Positions 9,386 to 19,244 of a stretch of 64,000 nt of DNA are shown in pieces (position 1 is the first letter of the stretch; each line of letters starts with the position of its first letter). The DNA comes from a phage. Both the position numbers and the translations under genes were made by a program. The notes under the pieces were generated by a model. The model made no database searches. It was not told the DNA's origin and saw nothing but the letters and a program-made list of their open reading frames with translations. Location of the stretch: assembly GCA_012646185.1 (NCBI GenBank), contig GCA_012646185.1_4706.1; one strand, 5' to 3'.

Positions 9386-10042
9386 TTAGCTTGCAGCTTC
9401 TTCATTTGTATCAGGTTTGCTTCCCCCTAACAAACCGTCAAACAGACCCGTATGTTTCAGGTAGAAGAGAGCGATAGCGCCCATTGCTGCTGCGCTCGTC
9501 GCCGTTAACGCAACCCCGGCACGATACTGCCATTTACGGTCAGGCTTTTGATCGAGAGCCATACGACGCATGTATTCAGCCTCTGCTTCATTCCGATGAA
9601 TTTCGGATTCAGCCAAGCGGGCTAAGGTATCGCGGTCAAGGTTATCATAACGTACGTTCATGGTGGTTTCCTCTTGTTTGGAAGTTGATTGCTTAGTGGA
9701 TTCTTGGTCAACAGTCGTTTCAGATGGTTCAAACGGCTGGTTGTTCATTTTCTGATCTTTATTGGTCATGATAGACTCCTTCAATTTTTGAGACGAAATT
9801 GATTTAAACCATCGTGGATGACGGTATTCAGTTTTACATGTGCAGTTAAGTTTCTCGTGCAGGAAAGCGTAAAAACGTTTTGCGCCTACACGTAAGGCTT
9901 TCAGCATTACCCATCCACGAGCACTCAAACGGTGTAGCTGTTGCGGTATGTCGAGTTTCCTAGCCAAGCGAAAGTATCTTTCAATCACTTCGATAGGAAA
10001 CCATTGTTGTTCCACATCGGTGAGACTGAAAGTCTTATCCAT
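9386..10042 (-). CDS. C-terminally membrane-anchored protein (218 aa)
   Basis: ATG start; C-terminal hydrophobic segment GVALTATSAAAMGAIALFYL; start codon ~24 nt from motif copy 1. Confidence 0.5.
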   Translation of the reverse strand: MDKTFSLTDVEQQWFPIEVIERYFRLARKLDIPQQLHRLSARGWVMLKALRVGAKRFYAFLHEKLNCTCKTEYRHPRWFKSISSQKLKESIMTNKDQKMNNQPFEPSETTVDQESTKQSTSKQEETTMNVRYDNLDRDTLARLAESEIHRNEAEAEYMRRMALDQKPDRKWQYRAGVALTATSAAAMGAIALFYLKHTGLFDGLLGGSKPDTNEEAAS

Positions 10043-10066
10043 GAATGAAATCTCGCTGGCTTACTT

Positions 10067-10093
10067 CACTTAAGTAATATAGCCGTGAAAAAT
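10067..10093 (-). promoter_or_regulatory. conserved 25-nt motif copy 1 (plus strand TCACTTAAGTAATATAGCCGTGAAA)
   Basis: One of four near-identical intergenic copies; minus-strand reading contains TATATTAC. Confidence 0.45.
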
Positions 10094-10192
10094 GTTGGAT
10101 TAAGTTAAATACCGCAACCGCAGCTAATTTTATAGGCTTTTAGCCTAAACCAATCATCTTCGGAATCATCATCTTTGAAACAGGAATCTATC

Positions 10193-11014
10193 ATGGAAAA
10201 AGTATTTGTTTGTAAGTTGTTTACTAACGGCAATAGCCAACCAATGTACCTGACCGATCCAGTTCTAGGTAATCGGAACAGCACCGTATTCAAAGAAGCT
10301 ATCGAATACGCTAAAAATAAAGCCGTGAGAACACTGACGTCCGATGACTGTATCAACGGTATCACGTGGGCAGAGTTATTCGGTGATGCTGTTAGACACT
10401 TCGTTCGGGACGCAAGAAAACGGGAAATCTGTCTCACGACTATCGTTGTGCGTGAAAATGCAGAAATTTTATCAAACGTTTTGGTTGATTTTAATGACGT
10501 TTGCGTGTTTAATCCAGAGAACACGTTTGAACAATACCTTACTGCCCTGAACAACCAGCTCGGTAAAGATATTCATCCCGAATTCGCCAAGTTAACATAT
10601 CAGTTACTTTTTGACGACGACGATCCAAATACGAATATCGATACCAGCTTATCGCCCCTGGTAAAGAAATACGGATCGGTTCTCGCTACGGCAACACCCA
10701 CCACCGATGGCGGTTATGATATCGAATTGGATGGTCCATTAAAAGAACAAGAGCCTACTGGGGTTAGGGCGGTACATCACAACCTCGTCGTTAAATCTGA
10801 TGGGTGCGATGAACATTACGCTATGATAAACGATGAAAACAATTACCGTTTAAGTCAAGCGATTGGTGTTCTACGCTATACCGAACCCACTGTTGTAGAC
10901 GATTATACATCGACAACAACGCACACCACGTGTTTCATTTTCATCTATCCCAATGAAAGTGTGTACATTACTGACTGCTACGGCAATACCGTAGATAGCT
11001 TACGTCGTTACTAA
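10193..11014 (+). CDS. hypothetical protein (273 aa)
   Basis: ATG at 10193 with AGGA SD (track start 10175 is TTG); followed by intrinsic terminator. Confidence 0.55.
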   Translation: MEKVFVCKLFTNGNSQPMYLTDPVLGNRNSTVFKEAIEYAKNKAVRTLTSDDCINGITWAELFGDAVRHFVRDARKREICLTTIVVRENAEILSNVLVDFNDVCVFNPENTFEQYLTALNNQLGKDIHPEFAKLTYQLLFDDDDPNTNIDTSLSPLVKKYGSVLATATPTTDGGYDIELDGPLKEQEPTGVRAVHHNLVVKSDGCDEHYAMINDENNYRLSQAIGVLRYTEPTVVDDYTSTTTHTTCFIFIYPNESVYITDCYGNTVDSLRRY

Positions 11015-11020
11015 TCGTCG

Positions 11021-11048
11021 AGCCTGTCCTTCGGGGCAGGCTTTTATG
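11021..11048 (+). terminator. intrinsic terminator (AGCCTGTCC-TTCG-GGGCAGGCT then TTTTAT)
   Basis: GC stem with TTCG tetraloop and 3' T-tract, 7 nt after the stop codon. Confidence 0.65.
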
Positions 11049-11116
11049 CTGTTAAATATCAGGAATAAGAATTAACAAAATAGGAAAATGGTGTGAATAT
11101 AACACAAAGGAGGGAG

Positions 11117-11239
11117 ATGATCATGTTACTCATTCTAATGGAGAGAGCATTGCTGGCGGGTATCTGCGCATTCTCTGTTAAACACGCTGTTGCTATCATG
11201 GCTGAAGAAAGGCGTAATACGCATAATGTATTACGCTGA
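11117..11239 (+). CDS. small hydrophobic peptide (40 aa; MIMLLILMERALLAGICAFSVKHAVAIMAEERRNTHNVLR)
   Basis: Unannotated short ORF with strong SD AAGGAGGGAG at ideal spacing; one predicted TM-like segment. Confidence 0.35.
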   Translation: MIMLLILMERALLAGICAFSVKHAVAIMAEERRNTHNVLR

Positions 11240-11349
11240 AAACACTGTGTGCATTAGTGTATGACGAGAAATCGTCGAGGCCCCCGTCTTCACGAGGGCC
11301 AACACCTATGCATGATTATTCATCGTCTGTTAAACAAAAGGTTATAAAC

Positions 11350-11658
11350 ATGAGCAATTTGAACGTTGAATTTACTTCAACAACGCCTGTCATGAATGGT
11401 GTTGGCACTGAAACCAAAATCGTATTAGAACCCATTCCAGGGTTACGCGATCTCGGTGATTTTTATCCACTGATGCCGCGTATACGGAAGGCCTTAAATA
11501 GTATCGATCTTGATTCCAATAAAGATTTCCAACACGATACAGAAAATACCGATCATGTATTGCTGCCATCGGGGATCGCAAAATTCACCTACACGCAAAC
11601 ATTGAAAGCCTCCGATGGTGAAATCCGTCGTTTTATCGTTGAAGTAGAAAGCGCATAA
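11350..11658 (+). CDS. hypothetical protein (102 aa)
   Basis: Internal ATG with AAGG SD preferred over the unsupported upstream start at 11257. Confidence 0.45.
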   Translation: MSNLNVEFTSTTPVMNGVGTETKIVLEPIPGLRDLGDFYPLMPRIRKALNSIDLDSNKDFQHDTENTDHVLLPSGIAKFTYTQTLKASDGEIRRFIVEVESA

Positions 11659-11662
11659 AAAC

Positions 11663-11694
11663 CATCCTCCCTTCCCTTACGGGTTGGGAGGATG
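11663..11694. terminator. conserved CT/GA hairpin (CATCCTCCCTTCCC-TTAC-GGGTTGGGAGGATG)
   Basis: Hairpin-family member between convergent gene ends. Confidence 0.6.
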
Positions 11695-11711
11695 AAATAT
11701 GCCGTTAAACG

Positions 11712-12341
11712 TTATTCAACAAACCCTGCATTCAACAGATTGTCGTAAACACGATTAGCGACATCAACAGGAGAATGTGTGTTACTGGTGTCTATACACA
11801 ACGTTTTCGCATCGCCGAGATAGTCCATAAAATCCATGTAACGATAACGTCGTTTATTGAATGTCGCTTCATCGATGTTATCAAACATCTGATGTTTAGC
11901 GTGACGAACACGGAACCGTCTTAAATACGTAGGATAGTCAATATCCAGATAAACATAGTAAGACGGCATGATAATCGACGGTAGGTTCGGCAACAACGCG
12001 TCAAACAACTTAACGTTAGCGTCATTAACCTGGTAAACATACGTCGAAGCAATCGAACGATCGCTAAGCACAGTCTTCCCTTCGTTAAGGGCTGGATGAA
12101 TCACCTTGTTGAAGAGATGATTACGTTGCGACATCATCGCCAATAGTTCAGTTTCTGGATCGAATCTGTTTGTTGGTGTTTGGTCTTCCAGGATAAGTTT
12201 ACGAATGGCTTCTCCGTAGAGAGTACCACCGGGTTCACGTACAACACAAACATTGTTTAAACGACTGTGTAAAGACGAGATAACCGAACTCTTTCCTGAA
12301 TAATCCAGACCTTCAATAACGATATATTTATTACGAGACAT
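11712..12341 (-). CDS. tmk: thymidylate kinase (209 aa)
   Basis: P-loop IVIEGLDYSGKSS, TREPGGT-like VREPGGT, DRS...STYVYQ motif; ATG at 12341 with GGAG SD (track start 12353 is TTG). Confidence 0.85.
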   Translation of the reverse strand: MSRNKYIVIEGLDYSGKSSVISSLHSRLNNVCVVREPGGTLYGEAIRKLILEDQTPTNRFDPETELLAMMSQRNHLFNKVIHPALNEGKTVLSDRSIASTYVYQVNDANVKLFDALLPNLPSIIMPSYYVYLDIDYPTYLRRFRVRHAKHQMFDNIDEATFNKRRYRYMDFMDYLGDAKTLCIDTSNTHSPVDVANRVYDNLLNAGFVE

Positions 12342-12357
12342 TCCCCGCTCCAATTAA

Positions 12358-13536
12358 CTACTTCGTTTTCGCCGTTATCGGCTGCGATACTGTAATCTCG
12401 ACCCGATCGACATCGGTACGTTTAACGATGATAAGGCTGCGTTCATCACCGAATGGTTCTGAGATCTTACAAGCCTCTTTAAGATTTTCGAGAATCGTGC
12501 CATGGGGTTCAAACACCGCAAAACCGGAACTAGCGTCGATTTTTACTAAATATACACGCACATTGTTTACGGTAATGGTGTCATCCGTCTTGAACCCACA
12601 GCAGGAGGGTAGACAGAACTGGCCGGGAATACCGGCTACGTATGCCTCACCACCGAACATTTCTATTAACGTCACCGGTTTAAATGTTTTCTCTGGGAAA
12701 GCATTATTAAGGATATCGTTTCCATTCACAAACCAGATCGTCACTTTATCTTCAGAATACGCTAGTCGGTATGGTTGAGTTGCGGACGCTTGCGCTTTAT
12801 GCTGGTTAAATAATTTTGATTTTGTCGCAATCACAGCACGGCCTTGGGCGTCAAAGTACAGAACTTCATACCCAACACATCCGATAAACACGCGACGGTT
12901 ATTAAGTTCCGGAATTCTGACTAATAATGCTTCACCGTTGTATCCAGTAGGAACAATACCACGTAGGATGATAGATTCGTTATTCAATACTGAGTTGTCC
13001 ACGACGATGCTTCGCATTACCGCTGGGGTTACTGTTTTATCTGCGGTAGGTTCAGGTTGCTCAGCAATACGGTCAAAAGGTTCGATGGATACCATGGGAA
13101 CGAAGTATTCAACTATATGCTTGTTTTCAGCACCAACGTCCATGACGGTGATCTGCAAACGCGTAGCATCCGAATTCAATGCTTGTTTCACACGTTCTGC
13201 ATTAGGAGTATCACGGTCAATATGAATCAAGGCTTTTACCACACCGTCGTCTTCCAACCATCCCGTTAAAACGCGACCGACGATATCATTCACATCACGA
13301 ATCGGGAAGCACAGTTCAGCACCATCGAGCACCGCTTCGATTTTACTGCTAATGACGGGCACCTTACCGTCGTTAAGATGCGCCAGCAGACCGGTTACTG
13401 CACCTTCACTAACCGGATGTTTTGTCGTCGTACTGACCAACGGTACGATAAAACGATCTTCGCTGTATTTCTCTGCACCACAGATAACCGGGACTTGAGG
13501 ACAATAATCAACCAGCCCCCATTCAACAGTATTCAT
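12358..13536 (-). CDS. hypothetical protein (392 aa)
   Basis: ATG with AAGGA SD; no recognisable motifs. Confidence 0.6.
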   Translation of the reverse strand: MNTVEWGLVDYCPQVPVICGAEKYSEDRFIVPLVSTTTKHPVSEGAVTGLLAHLNDGKVPVISSKIEAVLDGAELCFPIRDVNDIVGRVLTGWLEDDGVVKALIHIDRDTPNAERVKQALNSDATRLQITVMDVGAENKHIVEYFVPMVSIEPFDRIAEQPEPTADKTVTPAVMRSIVVDNSVLNNESIILRGIVPTGYNGEALLVRIPELNNRRVFIGCVGYEVLYFDAQGRAVIATKSKLFNQHKAQASATQPYRLAYSEDKVTIWFVNGNDILNNAFPEKTFKPVTLIEMFGGEAYVAGIPGQFCLPSCCGFKTDDTITVNNVRVYLVKIDASSGFAVFEPHGTILENLKEACKISEPFGDERSLIIVKRTDVDRVEITVSQPITAKTK

Positions 13537-13568
13537 AACGTTTTCCTTCTTGGGTTTTGTACGTGTTG

Positions 13569-14183
13569 CTAACGGCGTTTCGTACCGACCTTCCCATTTC
13601 GATGGTCATCAAGAATACGCCATTCTTCGAACAGGAGTTCAGCAGCGAAATAACCTACAGCGATGCTGTCTATCGCATGCTCATCAAGATTCGCTAACAC
13701 AACACCATTCCTGGGTGTGATGTTCATGAGGTTCAATACTTTCTGGCGAACATCGTCCTTACCAACACGGGACGTCATGATCCCAACGGCGCGTTTTGCG
13801 CTTCGGTTATCAACCCCTAAGAAAGACACCGTAGGGTCAAAATCGATAACCGTTGTCTGAATCGCTGAAAACAGCTCGCTGAGCGCCATACCGCTTTGCT
13901 TGAAACGACCGATGAATGGCGTCTCACAAGCGACCGCTTGCGGCTGGTACTCTTGCAATAACGTTGTCAGCGAACGACGGTGTTCTTGGATACGTGCGGC
14001 ACGATTACCGTATCCAAGCGCAATATCGCCATCGGGATCATATCGACGTGAAGCGTGCCATGTCCCTGCATACAGCAGTTCAATATCTTCGACACGCACG
14101 TCCAAACGTAGTAACGACGCACCGAGTGTATCGGTGCCAGGGTCGATTGCCAGAATATCGTAAGCGTATTCTGGTGGGATCAT
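13569..14183 (-). CDS. RuvC-like Holliday junction resolvase (204 aa)
   Basis: N-terminal ILAIDPGTDTLG and C-terminal DEHAIDSIAVG resemble RuvC catalytic acidic motifs; ATG overlaps upstream stop as ATGA. Confidence 0.7.
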   Translation of the reverse strand: MIPPEYAYDILAIDPGTDTLGASLLRLDVRVEDIELLYAGTWHASRRYDPDGDIALGYGNRAARIQEHRRSLTTLLQEYQPQAVACETPFIGRFKQSGMALSELFSAIQTTVIDFDPTVSFLGVDNRSAKRAVGIMTSRVGKDDVRQKVLNLMNITPRNGVVLANLDEHAIDSIAVGYFAAELLFEEWRILDDHRNGKVGTKRR

Positions 14184-14992
14184 GGTGTTACAACAGCCTC
14201 TACTGACCATGGGAAGGTTTTCGCAATAACACCTTCCAGGAAGCGTTCAACTTCCGATTGCTCATACACCGAAAGCTTTTCAAACGGCGTTTGGTCTTCG
14301 GTTAAACCTACCGCATGAATAGGACCCAGGTCTTTAACCAGGGTAACTTCGCCTTTAACGCCTTCGCGCTTAACGATGATCGCGTGGTCATTAACCTTAG
14401 GATCGTACAGCACGCGCATCATGGTTACGGCGTCATCCGGTTCATGACCGAAATCGATGGCAACACGAGCATTCGTCCCTTCATCATCCAGAAGCTTGCT
14501 CAGCGCTTTACAACGGTCTTCAATCCAATCCAACGCAACCACGGTTTCTTGGCGTAGCTGAACCTCAACTTCTTTTCCTTGTTCGTCGATACGTTTCACG
14601 GTAACAAAATCGTGTAATAGGCGGTCAGGAAGGAGGGAAGCAATAAGCTCAACGTCGGGTTCAGGTTTTTCGTTTTCCAGAATGATAGTCGCTTGTGCGT
14701 CCAGATGTTCTTTAAAACGGATGTAACGTGTTAATCGCAGAACTTCATCTTGGGATTTTGCGTCTTCGGGAATAATCTCCGTCATGACGTTATAAATCTT
14801 TTCAGCGAACGTCGGAATTACGGTGATTGTAATTCGTGCTGGTGTACCACGCTCCTGGTACTCATCGGCTAACTTCTTCGCCATCCCGTTAAAATAAGTC
14901 TGGAGAAACGGTTGCTGCGTTAAAAACATTTTCTCCAGATCGGAATAGCGATGCTTGCGTGCATGGCCTAGCTTCTTCATGGGCTTTTTCAT
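14180..14992 (-). CDS. hypothetical acidic protein (270 aa)
   Basis: ATG with AAGGA SD (track start 14995 is TTG); no phosphoesterase (Mre11/SbcD) motifs seen. Confidence 0.55.
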   Translation of the reverse strand: MKKPMKKLGHARKHRYSDLEKMFLTQQPFLQTYFNGMAKKLADEYQERGTPARITITVIPTFAEKIYNVMTEIIPEDAKSQDEVLRLTRYIRFKEHLDAQATIILENEKPEPDVELIASLLPDRLLHDFVTVKRIDEQGKEVEVQLRQETVVALDWIEDRCKALSKLLDDEGTNARVAIDFGHEPDDAVTMMRVLYDPKVNDHAIIVKREGVKGEVTLVKDLGPIHAVGLTEDQTPFEKLSVYEQSEVERFLEGVIAKTFPWSVEAVVTP

Positions 14993-15013
14993 CAACAGAA
15001 ATCCTTATTTGTC

Positions 15014-17470
15014 TTAAATAATCGTGACGTGTTCGTTATATGTTTCAGGGAGAATGATGTTCGTTTTATCAAGAACCATACACTCGGCTTTACGGAACGA
15101 CGCATGGTTGATAACATAGTGGCTGATGAACCACACCTGGCTTACGCGGTGACCATCAACCAAACGACGAACAAAATCCATGGCATTAGATTGGTGCTGT
15201 GGATCAAATGTTGATGCGAATTCGTCTAACATCAACGGATAATCCGTGAACCCTTTGTAATGCATCATCGCGATGATGAACGCGATATTGATAATTTCCT
15301 TTTGTCCCTTACTCCCATAAACAATATCTTTTCGCGGTGTCGGATACTTCTCAGTTAAAAGCGGAAAACGATAGTTCAATCCTTGCGCGTCGATAGCACA
15401 CGGGAGTATCTGAAGTTGGTATTCCCAAATACTTGCAATGATGCCGTTCATGTACTCAACGAACGCGTTGATGGGACCCGCGATTGTTTCGGCAATCAAT
15501 CCGTTAGATGGACTTAACTCATCCAGAACAAGTTGTGCGTAACTGAGCTGTTCTTCCACCTCTTTTTGTGTCGTTTCCAACTGAGCCAGAAGCTGCTGGT
15601 CGGTTTTAGCTTCCTGTAACTGCTGTTCGACATGACTTATTCGGCGAACCGTATCAGACATCGCAGCACGTAACGATTTCGTGTAGAGGTGTTGCAGATA
15701 CTCTAACCACAGTTGCGTTAACGCTTTATCGCTGTTATCAGAACGTACCTGATCTTCCATAATCGCCGTAATGGTTTCCAATCTACCTTCCGTGGCTGTG
15801 ATAGCTTGTGTTAACCGCTCAACGGTTGTTAACAACTCTGTCCTGTTCTTATAAAGCAATTCTCGACGTTGCTGTAACGGTTCAACATCAACCGCTTGTA
15901 CCCGTTCGAGCATACCTTGAAGATGCTTCCGTTCCTGTTCGGCTTGTGTGTAACGCGCGAGTTTCTCAAACGCAAGCAACCAGTCATTAATGATTCCAAT
16001 GCTGCGGAATCCTAAACCGTTTTTACGTCCTTCTTCCAGCAGATTGTCCCACATGGGTTTAATGGCGTAATAATCTTTCGTCCAACGTGTTAACTGACGA
16101 TGCTGTTCCATCCAGAGCGTATAGCGCTGAACCTTCTCACTAAGCTCGGTTAACGATTTCTCCTGTTCTTCAACCCAGGCACGGCCCTTCTGAATACGTT
16201 GTTCAATACCCGCTTTGCTGGTCTTTTCTGTCTCACCAACATGAAAGCGATAATTGCATTTTGGACAGCTGGTCTGGGGTTGATGATTCAGGTGGTCAAG
16301 ATGCGCTTCCAAATCGGCTAACGCATGTTTCGCGTTACGCAAACGCATTCTTGCCGCCTCTTCCTCCTTGATGTAAGCTTCAGCATCGTAAACATGATAG
16401 GTGTTGTCGGTATCAATCCATTCTTGCAGTAATTCCGTTAACGGAGCCTGAACTTGCGTGAGCTGTTGTAAACAAACCGCAGCGTCCAGATTCATTGTTA
16501 AAAGCTCACCTGGATGATCTTGCTGAAGTTGTTCGTCTAAACGTGCAATGCGGGCTTTAATTTGATCGATATCACCTTCGCCAGACTGTTTCAACTGGTC
16601 AAGGATATTATCGATACCCAACAGCTCGTCAACCTGACTTTCGAGTTTTGCATTCGCATTCGCGAGTTGCTCTCTTAGTTCAGCCAGATTCTGCTGTTCT
16701 TGTTGCGATGTTCCTCCTTGGTAACGAACAACCGCACGAAGAAGCTCACGATTAAAATGATGGGCGCGTTGTGCGGATTCCAGAAGCTGTCGTTGATCAA
16801 CATCGCTATCGAATAACGGCAATCCCATCATCGCTTCGAGCGCTGAGCGTTGCTGTTTTAACTCTGCTTCCAATCCCTGGTGGTCGGTGCCGGTGTATTT
16901 CGCTTCGATGCGCTGTGATGTTTCAACCAACTTATTCAGTGTATGCTCATTCACCGCTTTCAGTGAACGTACTTGTTGCTTAACCACCTGAAACAACTCG
17001 AGTGCGTAATCGACGTTAACCGGACATATCTGCGTTAATCGTTCGCGACGTTTCATCGGTCCCATTTCGGTGAACTGGTAAGCCGTTTCGTAACCTAACA
17101 ACAAACGAATAGTGTCATCATTAAGTTCGAAATGTTCTTCGATCAGTTTCCACTGAGCGGGTTGTGTGCCACCACCATTCAGGTTCTCGCTGTCGTTAAC
17201 GTAGAACTCATGCTTAAACCCTTTTTCTAAACGACTGATAAGACGGTATTGCTTATTACGGTGTTCGCAGCGGTACTCGTAATACCCGTCTTTATCAAAA
17301 TCGGCACGCTCAGGAACGGTCGGATACAGCAAAGGCAATAGACTACTCTTACCCGAACCGTTGCTGCCTAAAATGAGTTGTACGGGATTATCTGGCCGGA
17401 TGACCAGCTCCCGAATCATCCCGGTATCAAAACGATTGAATCCACGTAAGTGGAGATAGGTGCATCGCAT
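15014..17470 (-). CDS. SbcC/Rad50-like SMC-family ATPase (818 aa)
   Basis: Walker A GSNGSGKSS ~36 aa from the chosen ATG, long heptad-rich middle with CPKC zinc-hook-like motif, signature-like SKGQKE, Walker B LMLDEF, H-loop FISHY. Confidence 0.8.
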   Translation of the reverse strand: MRCTYLHLRGFNRFDTGMIRELVIRPDNPVQLILGSNGSGKSSLLPLLYPTVPERADFDKDGYYEYRCEHRNKQYRLISRLEKGFKHEFYVNDSENLNGGGTQPAQWKLIEEHFELNDDTIRLLLGYETAYQFTEMGPMKRRERLTQICPVNVDYALELFQVVKQQVRSLKAVNEHTLNKLVETSQRIEAKYTGTDHQGLEAELKQQRSALEAMMGLPLFDSDVDQRQLLESAQRAHHFNRELLRAVVRYQGGTSQQEQQNLAELREQLANANAKLESQVDELLGIDNILDQLKQSGEGDIDQIKARIARLDEQLQQDHPGELLTMNLDAAVCLQQLTQVQAPLTELLQEWIDTDNTYHVYDAEAYIKEEEAARMRLRNAKHALADLEAHLDHLNHQPQTSCPKCNYRFHVGETEKTSKAGIEQRIQKGRAWVEEQEKSLTELSEKVQRYTLWMEQHRQLTRWTKDYYAIKPMWDNLLEEGRKNGLGFRSIGIINDWLLAFEKLARYTQAEQERKHLQGMLERVQAVDVEPLQQRRELLYKNRTELLTTVERLTQAITATEGRLETITAIMEDQVRSDNSDKALTQLWLEYLQHLYTKSLRAAMSDTVRRISHVEQQLQEAKTDQQLLAQLETTQKEVEEQLSYAQLVLDELSPSNGLIAETIAGPINAFVEYMNGIIASIWEYQLQILPCAIDAQGLNYRFPLLTEKYPTPRKDIVYGSKGQKEIINIAFIIAMMHYKGFTDYPLMLDEFASTFDPQHQSNAMDFVRRLVDGHRVSQVWFISHYVINHASFRKAECMVLDKTNIILPETYNEHVTII

Positions 17471-17584
17471 GCTATGATAATCCTTCTTCGATACCTTCTG
17501 AACCACGGGTTCAGAATGCGAAGCTGAAGCCATACTTCAGCGTTATTTTCTATATCGTTATTTAAATCAGTAGGAGATTACAGC

Positions 17585-18673
17585 ATGAGCGACCTGGCAA
17601 CAGACAATCGCACAAAAGGGAGTCAGCTAGCTCCAGACAACAACGTAAGCGTTTTCCGTATCTATGCCTTGGGTACTGTTGCTGCCGACTTTTCCAATAA
17701 AAGTCTGGAGGAAGATCCTAACCAGGCGCTGGAGGTCTTTCTTGATGAGATGATGTCAGGCGCTGATGGGAAAGTTGAAGCGGCGGGAAGCGTGAAAGAA
17801 GTCAGTGCAACAGACGCTCAAGGGAACAGCTATACGGCGAAAGCGGCAACAACAACCAGCGTACAGTGTTATTGGTTACCTTTCGGTAGTAACCGGATGA
17901 CAGCACCTAACTTGAGGAAAGGTCAACGTGTGGTGGTCTGGCGTACCGCCGATGAAGAACAACTCTACTGGCAGCCCAAAGGAGGGGATAGTGAGCTGAT
18001 GACCATGGAATCGGTTATCCTCACCGTCAGCGCACGTCCTAGCGCTAAGAAGGACCGTAAATCGATTTCAACGGAAGACTGCTATTACCTAATGGTTGAT
18101 ACCTTCCTCAAGAAAGCGGTTATCGGTACAAGCGCACAGCTTGGTGAAGTTACCCAAGTCTACATGGAACTTAATCTGGACGAGGGTTACCTACAGGTTG
18201 CGGACAGCGTCCATCAAAATCTGTTGTTACTCCATTTTGTCGAGCATATGCTGCGTTATCAAAATCAGGATGACAGCATCATCGACGTGACAAAAAAGAA
18301 CATCACATTCCAATGCGAGGATACGCTCAAAGCAATCGCTAAGAACGATATCCGAATGAAAGCAAAAAATATTTATACCGAATGTGAGAACTTTGAACGT
18401 ACCAGCAAAACAGAAAGCGTTACGAGTCAGAATGTTTCTTTGAAGTGTGATCGTTACACCGCGCAAGTATCAGGACAGACCACGTTTAAATGTCCGAATA
18501 CGGTATTCACTGGAGCTGTAAGCTTCACAGGTGAAGACGGAAACACGATGACGTTGAATGGAAACTTCATACACATCGCAGGCTCTTGGCGTTCACCAAC
18601 CGGAACAAACGTATACACCCACGATCACGGCGGTGTAGATCGTGGTAGCGGTCGCACAGACCCGTTCCAATAA
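17585..18673 (+). CDS. hypothetical protein (362 aa)
   Basis: ATG with AGGAG SD; lone plus-strand gene inside a minus-strand block; followed by hairpin. Confidence 0.6.
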   Translation: MSDLATDNRTKGSQLAPDNNVSVFRIYALGTVAADFSNKSLEEDPNQALEVFLDEMMSGADGKVEAAGSVKEVSATDAQGNSYTAKAATTTSVQCYWLPFGSNRMTAPNLRKGQRVVVWRTADEEQLYWQPKGGDSELMTMESVILTVSARPSAKKDRKSISTEDCYYLMVDTFLKKAVIGTSAQLGEVTQVYMELNLDEGYLQVADSVHQNLLLLHFVEHMLRYQNQDDSIIDVTKKNITFQCEDTLKAIAKNDIRMKAKNIYTECENFERTSKTESVTSQNVSLKCDRYTAQVSGQTTFKCPNTVFTGAVSFTGEDGNTMTLNGNFIHIAGSWRSPTGTNVYTHDHGGVDRGSGRTDPFQ

Positions 18674-18699
18674 ACAAAAGAAAAAGAAATGCTATATAA

Positions 18700-18734
18700 C
18701 CTCCTTCCCTAGCCGTCAAGGCCGGGGAAGGAGG
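18700..18734. terminator. CT/GA hairpin variant (CCTCCTTCCC...GGGAAGGAGG)
   Basis: 10-bp stem; between convergent gene ends. Confidence 0.55.
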
Positions 18735-18749
18735 ATTATAGTTTATTTA

Positions 18750-19139
18750 TTAACGCGTTGCATTCTGGATGATTTCTTTTCCGATCTTAACCAAAGCGGG
18801 TATCTGTACAGCGGTTGCGCCTCGATGACGAAACGCGGTCGTTAACGCGGTATCGATACTCACCGCACGTCCGTGAAGACGATCGAAATAGACTTGAGTG
18901 ATTGCGGTAGCGTAATCCTTTCGCTGTTTCTTGGTTTGGCTCAACAGCACCGCACTATGACTAACGATGAAGTAAGCGATTAAGAAGAACGCTGCTGACC
19001 GCGAACCGGGTAGAAAACCTTGTCGCTTAGGGAGCATCTCACAATCGCGAACACTATTATCGTTCGCAAGATCTTCCATATCAACACAGCATAATTTTGC
19101 ATAGGTGTGGAGATAGTGGGTAAAAGTTGAATTTAACAT
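18750..19139 (-). CDS. hypothetical protein with one hydrophobic segment (129 aa)
   Basis: ATG with GAGGAAAG SD; last gene of an 8-gene minus-strand operon. Confidence 0.5.
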   Translation of the reverse strand: MLNSTFTHYLHTYAKLCCVDMEDLANDNSVRDCEMLPKRQGFLPGSRSAAFFLIAYFIVSHSAVLLSQTKKQRKDYATAITQVYFDRLHGRAVSIDTALTTAFRHRGATAVQIPALVKIGKEIIQNATR

Positions 19140-19244
19140 TTTCTTTCCTCGATTACAATGAGTTCAATGTATAGCTTAAACGTCACAGAACGACGTATAA
19201 CAGTTTGTTTTAATTTCTAAGGGGTTTCCCTATCTAAGATTGAT

